Assembly: GCA_002684655.1 (NCBI GenBank)
Contig: NYVR01000003.1
Span: 22,974-86,973, forward strand
Length of the DNA stretch: 64,000 nt
From: Planctomycetota bacterium
GTDB taxonomy: Bacteria > Planctomycetota > UBA1135 > UBA2386
Direction of reading: 5' to 3'
Shown here: in pieces, positions 30,866 through 39,743 of the stretch
Layout of the letters: each line of letters opens with the position of its first letter
How positions within the stretch are numbered: the stretch's first letter is position 1
Program-made: the position numbers and the translations under genes
The notes under the pieces: generated by a model
Databases searched by the model: none
The model's input: the letters and a program-made list of their open reading frames with translations, nothing else
What the model was told of the DNA's origin: nothing

Positions 30866-31804
30866 ATGCGACACCTGTTCATCCTTGATCCACTGGACGC
30901 ACTAGACGTTACAGCGGACACCTCCGTAGCGTTTATCCAAGAGGCGTGGCGTCGCGGCCACCGCGTGGAGGCATGTGGTGTGACGGACCTGGGACAGCGC
31001 GACGGGGACCCGTTCGTGGAGTCCGTCGAGATTGTCGCTGGCCCGGAGGGCGGCGCGTGGTACGCGTCGAGCCGCAGGCGGCGAGACCAGCTGACGGAGT
31101 ATGACGCGATTTGGATGCGGAAGGATCCACCGCTCGACGACGCGTATCTGTTCGCGACCATGCTGATGTCGCGCGCGGCGGGTCCGGTGATGGTCAACGA
31201 CCCAGGTGCGCTCCGCGACCGGAACGAAAAGCTGTTCGCGCTCGAGTTCCCCGATTTGTGTCCGACCACACTGGTTAGCCGGAGCGTTGAGGAGTTGCTG
31301 TCATTCCGCGACGAGCTGGGCGGCCAGATGATCGTGAAGCCGCTTGACGGCAACGGCGGACGCGGCGTCTTCCATATAACCGTCGGCGATCGTAACGCGC
31401 GATCGCTTGTCGAGGCCGGCACCGCGGGCGGGCGCCAGCTGCTGCTGGCGCAACGCTATATCCCGGCGGTGCGCGATGGGGATAAGCGCATCATCTTGAT
31501 CGACGGGCAGCCAGCGGGCGCCGTACTCCGCGTCCCGGCAGACGACGAGTCCCGCGCGAATCTTCACGTCGGCGCGCGCGCAGAGCGGGTCGGGCTGACG
31601 GCCCGGGATCAAGAGATCTGCGCGCGGATCGGTCCGCGGCTGCGTCAGCTCGGCGTGATCTTCGCGGGCATCGATGTGCTCGGCGATTACTTGACCGAGA
31701 TCAACATCACTAGCCCGACAGGGCTTCGAGAGATCGAGCATTTGGACGGCGTCGGGCTCGAGTCCGACGTGATGGACGTCGTTGAGGCGCGGCGAAGGTC
31801 ATGA
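30866..31804 (+). CDS. gshB: Glutathione synthetase
   Basis: MRKDPP, NEKLF, KPLDGNGGRGVF, GDKRIIL, RANLHVG, EINITSPTG. Confidence 0.95.
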   Translation: MRHLFILDPLDALDVTADTSVAFIQEAWRRGHRVEACGVTDLGQRDGDPFVESVEIVAGPEGGAWYASSRRRRDQLTEYDAIWMRKDPPLDDAYLFATMLMSRAAGPVMVNDPGALRDRNEKLFALEFPDLCPTTLVSRSVEELLSFRDELGGQMIVKPLDGNGGRGVFHITVGDRNARSLVEAGTAGGRQLLLAQRYIPAVRDGDKRIILIDGQPAGAVLRVPADDESRANLHVGARAERVGLTARDQEICARIGPRLRQLGVIFAGIDVLGDYLTEINITSPTGLREIEHLDGVGLESDVMDVVEARRRS

Positions 31805-32586
31805 TCGTCGAGCGCGTGTGGGTCGGGAACAGCCTCAGGAATTACAATTACTTGGTCGCTTGTGAGGAGACCGGCGAAGCGCTCGCGATCGATCCGCTCG
31901 CTCATGAAGAGTGCCTCCGAATCGCGCGGCGGCGAGGCTTTGAGATCACGCAAGTGCTTAACACCCACGAGCACACCGACCACGTCGCAGGTAATGACCA
32001 CGTCGTCGCCGCGACCGGCGCGGAGGTGATCGCGCATACACGGGCGAAGATCCCCGGCGTTGACCGACGAGTCGGCGCGGGCGCACACGTCCAGGTCGGC
32101 AAGACGGTCACGCTCGAGTGCATGGATACGCCTGGTCATACGATGAGCCATATTTGCCTCCTCGCCCGTGACGGCGAGGCAGCGTTGTTCTCGGGCGACG
32201 CGCTGTTCAACGCAGGGGCGGGCAATTGTCGCAACGGCGGCGACCCCGAGGCGCTCTACGAGACGTTTGCGCAGCAGCTCGAGCCGCTCGAGTCGACCGT
32301 GCGGCTGTATCCAGGTCACGATTACCTCGTCGCAAACCTCAAGTTCACGCTCGACCGCGAACCTGGGAACGCGGCCGCGACGGAGATGCTTGGTTACGTC
32401 GAGGGGCTCGACGGTGACGATTCGCCGATACTGACGATCGGCCAGGAGAAAGAGATCAACACCTTCTTCCGCCTTGGGAGCCGTGAGGTCGTCTCCGGCG
32501 TCTGTCGGGCGTTAGACGGGTTGCCGGTGGCGCCCACCGCCAAGCAGGTGTTCGTGTCGTTGCGGACGCTGCGCGATCGCTGGTGA
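31801..32586 (+). CDS. gloB: Hydroxyacylglutathione hydrolase (glyoxalase II)
   Basis: THEHTDH, TPGHT, FSGDALF, PGHDY, EKEINTFFR. Confidence 0.9.
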   Translation: MIVERVWVGNSLRNYNYLVACEETGEALAIDPLAHEECLRIARRRGFEITQVLNTHEHTDHVAGNDHVVAATGAEVIAHTRAKIPGVDRRVGAGAHVQVGKTVTLECMDTPGHTMSHICLLARDGEAALFSGDALFNAGAGNCRNGGDPEALYETFAQQLEPLESTVRLYPGHDYLVANLKFTLDREPGNAAATEMLGYVEGLDGDDSPILTIGQEKEINTFFRLGSREVVSGVCRALDGLPVAPTAKQVFVSLRTLRDRW

Positions 32587-32667
32587 CCAGCTTGTCGATC
32601 GCTCCGGGGCAAGCGCTGCTTGCGGCGAGGCGGGGCGCGGCCTAGTTTGCGACTCGCGACAACGGCC

Positions 32668-32904
32668 ATGACGATGTACGCCAACGAAATTGAAGCGCTC
32701 CTGCGGGCGCAGTTCCCTAACGCCGAGATCACGGTCGACGGAGAAGACGGCATGCACATGGGCGCCACCGTCGTCGACGAGAGTTTTCGCGGGATGAGCC
32801 GTATCCAACAGCAGCGCGCCGTCTACGCCGCGCTGAAGGGAAAGATGGACGGGCCCGACGGTGAGCTGCACGCTCTGCAGCTGCGAACGCGGGCCCCCGA
32901 GTGA
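32668..32904 (+). CDS. bolA: BolA/IbaG family protein
   Basis: FRGMSRIQQQRAVYAAL...LHALQL; adjacent to grxD. Confidence 0.9.
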   Translation: MTMYANEIEALLRAQFPNAEITVDGEDGMHMGATVVDESFRGMSRIQQQRAVYAALKGKMDGPDGELHALQLRTRAPE

Positions 32905-32951
32905 CGACCGCCGCAGCGCGATCGACACAGCCAGATAAAACGAGGACAGCT

Positions 32952-33314
32952 ATGAGTGACATCCAAGCCCAGATCAAAGAGACGGTGGAGAGCCACGACG
33001 TCGTGCTCTTCATGAAGGGATCTAAGCTGATGCCGCAGTGCGGCTTCTCCAGCCGTGTCGCGGGCATTCTCGGCGGCCTGTCCGTTGAATACACGGACGT
33101 GAACTGCCTCGCCAACGACGCCATCCGACAAGGCATCAAGGACTTCTCTGACTGGCCGACGATCCCTCAGCTCTACGTGAAGGGTGAGTTTGTCGGCGGC
33201 TGCGACATCATCACCGAGATGACGCTCTCCGGGGAGTTGGACCAGCTCTTCGACAAGCACGGCATCGGCTACGACAAGTCTGCCGCCGAGCAGATCCGCG
33301 CCCAAAACGGCTGA
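32952..33314 (+). CDS. grxD: Monothiol glutaredoxin Grx4
   Basis: LFMKG, PQCGFS, WPTIPQLYVKGEFVGGCD. Confidence 0.96.
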   Translation: MSDIQAQIKETVESHDVVLFMKGSKLMPQCGFSSRVAGILGGLSVEYTDVNCLANDAIRQGIKDFSDWPTIPQLYVKGEFVGGCDIITEMTLSGELDQLFDKHGIGYDKSAAEQIRAQNG

Positions 33315-33323
33315 GGCCGGTCG

Positions 33324-33755
33324 TCAGATCTGCTTGTAGACCTTCGCGAGGCTCTCGCCATACACGTCGAGGGTCCACTCACACAGGTGACCGAAGGGCG
33401 TACAACGCACGTCGTAGCCTGTCCTTTGAAGCCGCTCCGCGAGCTCGTCCAAGAAGTCGCGCGCGAACGCAGGGTCCGCGCTCTCGGCGCCGAGGTGAGT
33501 GAAGGAATGGAGCACGACGTTGGTGAGCGCGCGTTTGTTGCAGAGCCACTTGATGTGCTTGAGCGTCTGTTGAAAAGCCCTCTTGCGCGCCGCCGCGGCT
33601 TCGTCACATGCCTCGGCGTGCGCGAAGACAACCACGCATTCGGCGAGCGTCGCGGCGACGTCCTGAGACGCGAGGGGCGCGCCGCCGACCTCGTCTAGGG
33701 ATCGCTTGAAGCTGCGCCATCCGAAGTTACGGGCCTGAAAGCAGAGCAGTCGCAT
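33324..33755 (-). CDS. Free-standing archaeal-type threonyl-tRNA synthetase editing domain (DTD-like fold)
   Basis: VVVFAHAE, VVLHSFTHL, TPFG, GESLAK match the archaeal ThrRS editing motifs (YPYAHL, PFG, GHPL). Confidence 0.82.
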   Translation of the reverse strand: MRLLCFQARNFGWRSFKRSLDEVGGAPLASQDVAATLAECVVVFAHAEACDEAAAARKRAFQQTLKHIKWLCNKRALTNVVLHSFTHLGAESADPAFARDFLDELAERLQRTGYDVRCTPFGHLCEWTLDVYGESLAKVYKQI

Positions 33756-33782
33756 GTCTGAAAGCCTGTGGAGCCGGCCGAC

Positions 33783-33962
33783 CTAGACGCAGCCTCCTCG
33801 ATCGTAGAGCCGCGTCCAGTGCGTGACGAACGAGACTTCGCTCCAAACAAAGTAGATCCCTTCGCCGACGGGCACGACGAGCCCTTCGACCCATGGCGCA
33901 TCGAGGGCGGCGCCGAGTGGCGCCAGCCTCCGTTCGTCAACCGGGGTGCTCGTCTTGGGCAT
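33783..33962 (-). CDS. Possible small hypothetical protein (59 aa)
   Basis: Fills the intergenic gap, GC-rich third codon positions, co-directional with the ThrRS editing gene; no recognisable motif. Confidence 0.3.
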   Translation of the reverse strand: MPKTSTPVDERRLAPLGAALDAPWVEGLVVPVGEGIYFVWSEVSFVTHWTRLYDRGGCV

Positions 33963-34066
33963 CCTGGGGGCGATATTCGAAGCCGCCAAACAGCGCCGAC
34001 GCCTTCTGCGGTCGACCAATAAGCGATGCGCGGCCGTGGCGCTTGGCGCGTCTGCGCGGCCCGGTT

Positions 34067-34645
34067 ATGCCTTTATCTGTGACGACTGAATTCGACGCTG
34101 ACGCGGCCAAGTCCCGTCTTCTGCAACTCATCCGTGAGCGCGCCTATAAGGACGGAATCGACATCGTGCTCGCTTCTGGCAAGCGATCCACCTTCTACAT
34201 CAACGGCAAGAAGGTCTCGTTGCATCCTGAGGGTCTCTACCTGATCGGGATGCTGCTCTTGGACAAGCTGAAGAAGTATCCGGAGATCACCGCGGTCGGC
34301 GGCCTGACGATGGGCGCCGACCCGCTGGCGAGCGCGGTAGCTTGTCTGTCTCACCTCACGGGGAGGCCGTTGAAGGCGTTCCTCGTCCGCAAGGAAGCCA
34401 AGGAACACGGCACAGGTTCGCGCATCGAAGGTGACCTAGAGCCGGGAGAGAAGGTGTGCGTGCTAGAAGATACGGTGACTACCGGCGGCTCTGCGTTGCA
34501 GGCGGTCGAGGCCGTCACCGACGCCGGCGCGGAGCCGGTCGTGATCATGGCGATCGCTGACCGTGAAGATCCTGACGCGGCGAAGTTTCGCTCGGAACAG
34601 AACGTCGAGTGTCTCGTATCACTGAGCGAGATTCGGGGACAGTGA
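34067..34645 (+). CDS. pyrE: Orotate phosphoribosyltransferase
   Basis: LASGKRSTFY, GGLTMGADP, VRKEAKEHGT, LEDTVTTGGS. Confidence 0.95.
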   Translation: MPLSVTTEFDADAAKSRLLQLIRERAYKDGIDIVLASGKRSTFYINGKKVSLHPEGLYLIGMLLLDKLKKYPEITAVGGLTMGADPLASAVACLSHLTGRPLKAFLVRKEAKEHGTGSRIEGDLEPGEKVCVLEDTVTTGGSALQAVEAVTDAGAEPVVIMAIADREDPDAAKFRSEQNVECLVSLSEIRGQ

Positions 34646-36006
34646 ACGAAGACGGCAACGCCCAAACAGTTGCGATTATCCCAGCGTTGTGCAGTGATGA
34701 CGAGGTAGACACTGCGCTGGTAGACCTCGGCGGCGTCACCGCGATCGAGCGCGTCGTGAACACCTGTGTCGCTGCGGGGGCGTCGAAAGTGATGGTGCTA
34801 CGACGTGCGATCGCCGCGCCGCTGCCCGCGGGCATCGAGGTCGAAGCCATCACTACGGGCGACAAGAGCGACGTCTCTGACAGTCTCCGTATAGCGCTCT
34901 TGAAGCTGCCGAGAGAGGCCGACGTCGTGCTGATCTTTCCGGTCGGGCACGCGCTGGTCGAGGAGGACACGGTCCTGGCGTTGCGCGCGCGCCTGCAGCG
35001 CGACGGATGCGCGATCGCTGTGCCAACGTTTCGCGGGGACCACGGCTACCCCGTAGCGATGACCCGCTCGGTGTTCAGCGAGCTTGATCTCGGGGTGCCG
35101 ACGCTGCAAGACCTGGTCTGTAGAGACGCCGTCCGCGTCGCCGGTGTCGCGACCGTGAACCACTGGGTGATCAGCGACCTGCGTCGACCCGAAGATCGCT
35201 CGGCAGCTCGTTGCCAGCTTTCGGGTCAGCCGTGGAGCACCTTGGCGCAGATGTATCGACATCGAAGCCATCGATCATTCCGTTCGGACTCCATCACGGA
35301 TGCTCAGATCGAACGACTCGTCGACGCAGCTCGCCACGCCTCGACCTCCAGCTTTATCCAAGCTTACGCGGTGATCGCGGTGCGCGACGCCGAGCTCAAG
35401 CAGCGCTGCGCGGTGCTGTGCGGAGGACAGCGCCACGTCGCGGAAGCGCCGGTCTTCTTCGCTGTCTGCGCGGACCTGAACAAGCTCGCGCGCGCATGCG
35501 CTGACCAAGGCACGATCGTTCGGAGCGACAGCTTCGAGTTGTTCCTGCAGACGACGGTCGACGCGGCGTTGCTTGGTCAGAACCTCCAGTTGGCTTGCGA
35601 GGCTGAGGGCCTAGGCGCCTGCATGATCGGCGGCGCACGCAATCAGCCGATCGAGATGGCGCGGGCGCTTGAGCTGCCCGATCACAGCTTCGTCGTCTTC
35701 GGGATGGCGGTTGGTGTTGCCGCTGATGACCCTCCTGCTCGCGGCCGCATGCCTTTGGCGGGCGTGCTCCACTGGGACCGCTACGATTCCTCGGACATCC
35801 TCGACGTGCTCCGGGGCGCAGACGACGGCATGCGCGACTGGGCGAAGCGGTGCAACGCCGAGCAGGGCGGCTACAACGGTCGGCCGGTCGACGAGGTCAA
35901 AGGTTGGTCCGAGCGGATGGCGAGGATGTGGGGGGGCGAGAGCGCCTACGCCAAGGCGCGCGAGGCGCTCCAAGAAGAGCTCCGGACGTTGGGCTTCGAG
36001 GTTTGA
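34642..36006 (+). CDS. Fusion of a degenerate MocA/MobA-like nucleotidyltransferase domain and an NfsA/Frp-type flavin nitroreductase
   Basis: N-half: AVPTFRGDHGYPVAM, SDLRRPED. C-half: HRSHRSF, ASTSSFIQAY, GQRHVAEAP, VDAALLGQN, GACMIGGARN. GTGA overlap with pyrE. Confidence 0.8.
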   Translation: MNEDGNAQTVAIIPALCSDDEVDTALVDLGGVTAIERVVNTCVAAGASKVMVLRRAIAAPLPAGIEVEAITTGDKSDVSDSLRIALLKLPREADVVLIFPVGHALVEEDTVLALRARLQRDGCAIAVPTFRGDHGYPVAMTRSVFSELDLGVPTLQDLVCRDAVRVAGVATVNHWVISDLRRPEDRSAARCQLSGQPWSTLAQMYRHRSHRSFRSDSITDAQIERLVDAARHASTSSFIQAYAVIAVRDAELKQRCAVLCGGQRHVAEAPVFFAVCADLNKLARACADQGTIVRSDSFELFLQTTVDAALLGQNLQLACEAEGLGACMIGGARNQPIEMARALELPDHSFVVFGMAVGVAADDPPARGRMPLAGVLHWDRYDSSDILDVLRGADDGMRDWAKRCNAEQGGYNGRPVDEVKGWSERMARMWGGESAYAKAREALQEELRTLGFEV

Positions 36007-36022
36007 CGAGCGCGCGTCGCGA

Positions 36023-37654
36023 TCAGAGGTGGACGCCCGGCGCCTCGACGCCGGTCTTCTCGACCCACTCTACGTAGGAGCCGGGGTACCTCTCAGGCGG
36101 ACCGCCGTCGGCGCAAGCGCTCACGTCGAGCACGCGGTTCGCGAGGCCGCGAAGGAACGTGCGGTCGTGGGAAACGAACAACATGGTCCCCTCAAATTTC
36201 TCAAGCGTCTGGACAAGCATCTGCTTGGTGTCGAGGTCGAGGTGGTTTGTCGGCTCGTCGAGGACGAGGAAGTTCGGCGGGTCGAACAGCATCAGCGCGA
36301 GCACGAGCCGGGACTTCTCGCCGCCGCTGAGGTTGGCGACGCGCTTTTCGTGGTCGTCGCCGCTGAACCCGAACGCGCCGAGGAGGTTGCGCTTCACGCC
36401 GACGGACTCCAGGTGGAACCGTTGGTCCACTTGCTCGTAGACGGTCAGCTCTGTGTCGAGGAGGTCGAGGGATTGCTGCGCGAAGTAACCCATTTTGACG
36501 CTGCCCAGCTTTACGTCGCCGTCGTCTGGCTTCAGCTGACCGGCGACCATTTTCAGCAGGGTCGTCTTGCCAGAGCCGTTCTGACCCATGACGCACCATC
36601 GTTCGCCGCGCTGCACCTCGAAGTCGAGCCCGCGATAGATCCGCTTCGCGCCGTAAGCCTTGTCAACGCCCTTGAGCTTGACGATGTCGTCGCCAGAACG
36701 AGGCGGTTCACGGAATTGGAAGGCGACGAGCTCGCGCTTCTTTGGGGCTTCGAGGCGGTCGATCTTATCGATCTTCTTTTGTTTGCTCTGAGCCTGGGCG
36801 GCCTTTGCGACGTGCGTGCCGAAGCGGTCTATGAACCGCTTCATCTTGGCGATCATGGCTTGCTGTCGCTCGAAGGCCGCCTCCTTCTGCGTCGCGCGTA
36901 CGGCCTGCTCGCGCATCATGAAGTCGTAGTCGCCCTGATAGGTTACGAACTGTCCGTCGTCGACGTCGATGATCCGGTCGACGACGCGGTTCATGAAGTC
37001 CCGGTCGTGACAGGTCATGAGGACGGCCGACTTTGTCTGCCTGAGGAAACCTTCTAGCCAGATGATCGACTCGATGTCGAGGTGGTTGGTCGGCTCGTCT
37101 AGCAGCAGCACGTCGAAGTTGCCTAGCAGGACCTGCGCCATGCCGACTCGCATTTTCCAGCCGCCCGACAGCGCTTCGACGTCGCCGCGGATCATCTCGT
37201 CGTCGAAGCCGAGGCCGTGCAGGACTTCCTTAGCCCGTGCCTCAAGTTCGTAGCCTCCTAGGTCCTGGTAGTCTCCCTGGATCTCACCGTATCGGGCGAG
37301 GATGTCGTCCATTCGGTCCGCCTTCTCCGGATCCGACATGTCGGCCTCGAGCTGCTGGACTTCGCGGTGTAGCGCGCCCGCTCGCCCGCTGCCTGCGATG
37401 GTCATGTTGATCACGCTGTCGCCGCGCATCTCCCCGACGTCTTGTTTGAAGTAGCCGACGCTGACTCGTTTGGGCATGGCCACGTCGCCTTCGTCCGGGG
37501 GGTCCTCGCCTACGATCATTCGGAAGACGGTCGACTTGCCGGCGCCGTTGGGGCCGGTTAGGCCGACCTTCTCGCCGGCGTTTAGCTGCAACGACCCGTC
37601 GACGAACAAGATCTGATGGCCGTGCCGTTTGTTGATGCCGCTGAGAGTGATCAT
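36023..37654 (-). CDS. ABC-F family ATPase (YheS/YdiF-like)
   Basis: GPNGAGKST, LSGGWKMR, DEPTNHLD twice, GQNGSGKTT, LSGGEKSR; no TM segments. Confidence 0.93.
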   Translation of the reverse strand: MITLSGINKRHGHQILFVDGSLQLNAGEKVGLTGPNGAGKSTVFRMIVGEDPPDEGDVAMPKRVSVGYFKQDVGEMRGDSVINMTIAGSGRAGALHREVQQLEADMSDPEKADRMDDILARYGEIQGDYQDLGGYELEARAKEVLHGLGFDDEMIRGDVEALSGGWKMRVGMAQVLLGNFDVLLLDEPTNHLDIESIIWLEGFLRQTKSAVLMTCHDRDFMNRVVDRIIDVDDGQFVTYQGDYDFMMREQAVRATQKEAAFERQQAMIAKMKRFIDRFGTHVAKAAQAQSKQKKIDKIDRLEAPKKRELVAFQFREPPRSGDDIVKLKGVDKAYGAKRIYRGLDFEVQRGERWCVMGQNGSGKTTLLKMVAGQLKPDDGDVKLGSVKMGYFAQQSLDLLDTELTVYEQVDQRFHLESVGVKRNLLGAFGFSGDDHEKRVANLSGGEKSRLVLALMLFDPPNFLVLDEPTNHLDLDTKQMLVQTLEKFEGTMLFVSHDRTFLRGLANRVLDVSACADGGPPERYPGSYVEWVEKTGVEAPGVHL

Positions 37655-37800
37655 CTGGGCGAGCAACGTATCGAGAGCGCGCCATCGCGCCACGTTCTCG
37701 ATGAGATCGAGGCCGATAGCGAGTAGAAGTTGATAACCCCAGCGGCTCGGCTGCCTCAAAGCCGCCCGTACGATCGGTCGCAATCGCGCCAAGAACCAGG

Positions 37801-38571
37801 ATGTCTCTTCATTACTCAAGTCGGTCTGTCTTCGCCTTCACGCTCTGCTCGTCGCTCTATGTCGCGGGCTGTTCGTCACCGAGTGCTTCCGTCCAGTTGG
37901 GATACGTCGCCACCGAGTTGGGCGGGGACATCTCTCTCGACAGCGGCGGCGGCTCTAATGAGCAGGGCCTCAGCAGTGCCTTCGGGCTCGGAGACACGCA
38001 AGGCTCGCCGTATCTGCGCGGTCAGGTGCGTGCGGGCGGGCCGGTGTTCACGGGTTCCGTGCTCTACGTCCAGGACAGCGGCGACGGTCAAATCGACGGC
38101 GGCTTCGGCAGTCTGGACCCCAACGCCAACGTGCGATCGGACTTCAACATGGGGCTGGCCAAGGTCAGCGCGGCTTACGAGATCGCGCTCGGCCCCGTCA
38201 GCGTCTCGCCTGGCCTAATGGTTGATGTCTGGGCGTTTGACTTTGCGGCGGAGAGCACCGTCGCAGGGATCAGCGAAGAAATCGACGAACTGCTCGTGAT
38301 CCCGATGCCGTTCGTGCGCGCCGAGGCTGGTCTCGGAGATTTCGCGGCCGTGGGCGAGCTCGGCTATGTCGAGATCGACGGAATAGGAGACACGGACGGC
38401 GCCTTTTTGGACGCGGAGGTGATGCTTGAGTATTACCCCGTACCGTTCACCAGCGTTTTCGTCGGTTACCGACACGTCGAGATCGATGGCGACGGCTCCT
38501 CAGGCGATGACGCGTTCTCAGCGGACCTTGACCTGCGAGGATGGATGATCGGGGGCGGCATCCGCTTCTGA
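37801..38571 (+). CDS. Outer membrane beta-barrel protein with a lipobox
   Basis: VAG-C lipobox, alternating beta strands, C-terminal GWMIGGGIRF. Confidence 0.75.
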   Translation: MSLHYSSRSVFAFTLCSSLYVAGCSSPSASVQLGYVATELGGDISLDSGGGSNEQGLSSAFGLGDTQGSPYLRGQVRAGGPVFTGSVLYVQDSGDGQIDGGFGSLDPNANVRSDFNMGLAKVSAAYEIALGPVSVSPGLMVDVWAFDFAAESTVAGISEEIDELLVIPMPFVRAEAGLGDFAAVGELGYVEIDGIGDTDGAFLDAEVMLEYYPVPFTSVFVGYRHVEIDGDGSSGDDAFSADLDLRGWMIGGGIRF

Positions 38572-38650
38572 GCATTCGAACGTCTAGGCAAAGGATCGCC
38601 TTCGTAGGGGGGTGGCCATCCCCGCGCTGCTGGGACAAGATGTTCTGGCT

Positions 38651-39406
38651 ATGAAGCCGCAGCATCTATTGCTCTGTGCGATCCCCATGGCCTTCGCTGC
38701 GTGCGAAGGGCCTTCGTACAGTTTCAGGGCCGGGCCTATTTTTGCGGACGTCCGAGGCGACCTCGCGCTCGCCAACTCTGCTGGTCAGCTCCCCACCGCC
38801 AACAGCATGGACGGGGGCCTCGGGTTCGATGACAGCAAGTCCGCGTACTTTGAGGGGCAGGTCGACATAGACCGTCACCGGGCGCGTATCAGCACCATGC
38901 AGATCGACTCCGAGGGGGCCGCGGTGCTCGATCAGGACTACGGGGACATCGTGGCGGGCACGGCGGTCAACACGGAGCATGACTTCACCTCCGTCGTCGC
39001 CAACTACAGCTATGAGTTTATCCGCGAGGAGGGCTACCGCATCGGCCTCGGCGCGCAGCTCGGCTACTACGCGATGGACGTTAACGTCAGAGGGGCGGGC
39101 GTGCCTGGCCGCGAGCTCCTGGAGACCGATGGCTTTATGCCGATGCCCTACTTCGAGGCCGAGGCGTTCGTCGACGACGTCACGTTCGGCGCGTCCGGCG
39201 GAATCATGTATGGCGACTGGGGCGACGCGAGGGGCCACTACTGGGACCTCGACCTCTACTCGGTCTGGAACCTGTCTGACCGATTCGACGTGCGCGGTGG
39301 GTACCGCTACATCGTGCTGAACGGCGACGGGCGTGCCTCTTCGCGCGACTTTGATTCGGACTGGGACGTCCAGGGCTTCTACCTGACGTTCGGTGCGTTG
39401 TTCTGA
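38651..39406 (+). CDS. Outer membrane beta-barrel protein with a lipobox, paralog of the upstream gene
   Basis: FAA-C lipobox; shared PMPF/PMPY..EA, GYR and D..G motifs; C-terminal GFYLTFGALF. Confidence 0.75.
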   Translation: MKPQHLLLCAIPMAFAACEGPSYSFRAGPIFADVRGDLALANSAGQLPTANSMDGGLGFDDSKSAYFEGQVDIDRHRARISTMQIDSEGAAVLDQDYGDIVAGTAVNTEHDFTSVVANYSYEFIREEGYRIGLGAQLGYYAMDVNVRGAGVPGRELLETDGFMPMPYFEAEAFVDDVTFGASGGIMYGDWGDARGHYWDLDLYSVWNLSDRFDVRGGYRYIVLNGDGRASSRDFDSDWDVQGFYLTFGALF

Positions 39407-39689
39407 GCAGCGCGCGACGATGGGCCGGAAGTCCGGACGATAAATCCGACTTGCCCGTATAGCGGGTCTCGGCCAATCCACGCTGCATCGGCCTTTTCAT
39501 TCGTTCTAGGAGCGACGCTGGTCCGGACAAATCCGGGCGAGCGGCGCCGACGAGCCGCGGGTGAATCACCGCGAACATCCGCAAAAACATTAAATGGAGA
39601 TACTTACGCCGACGCGAAAGCTCGTGGGCGGGACGTTCTTCAGGCCGCGCAGCAACGGTAGGCGAGAGAAACAGCGGGCCTCGGCCAAA

Positions 39690-39730
39690 GTATCCAAATT
39701 GGAATGATTGACTGAGGCCATTTGTATCCT
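39690..39730 (+). promoter_or_regulatory. Candidate operator/promoter of the MocR-pdxST unit
   Basis: TCCAA-A-TTGGA palindrome (39693-39703), GTATCC direct repeats (39690, 39724), TTGACT at 39708. Confidence 0.35.
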
Positions 39731-39743
39731 AGGGGCTAGGATC

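Noticed and set aside
35669..37057. 462-aa + strand ORF
   Set aside because: Antisense shadow of the ABC-F gene; long stop-free antisense frames are expected at this GC content.
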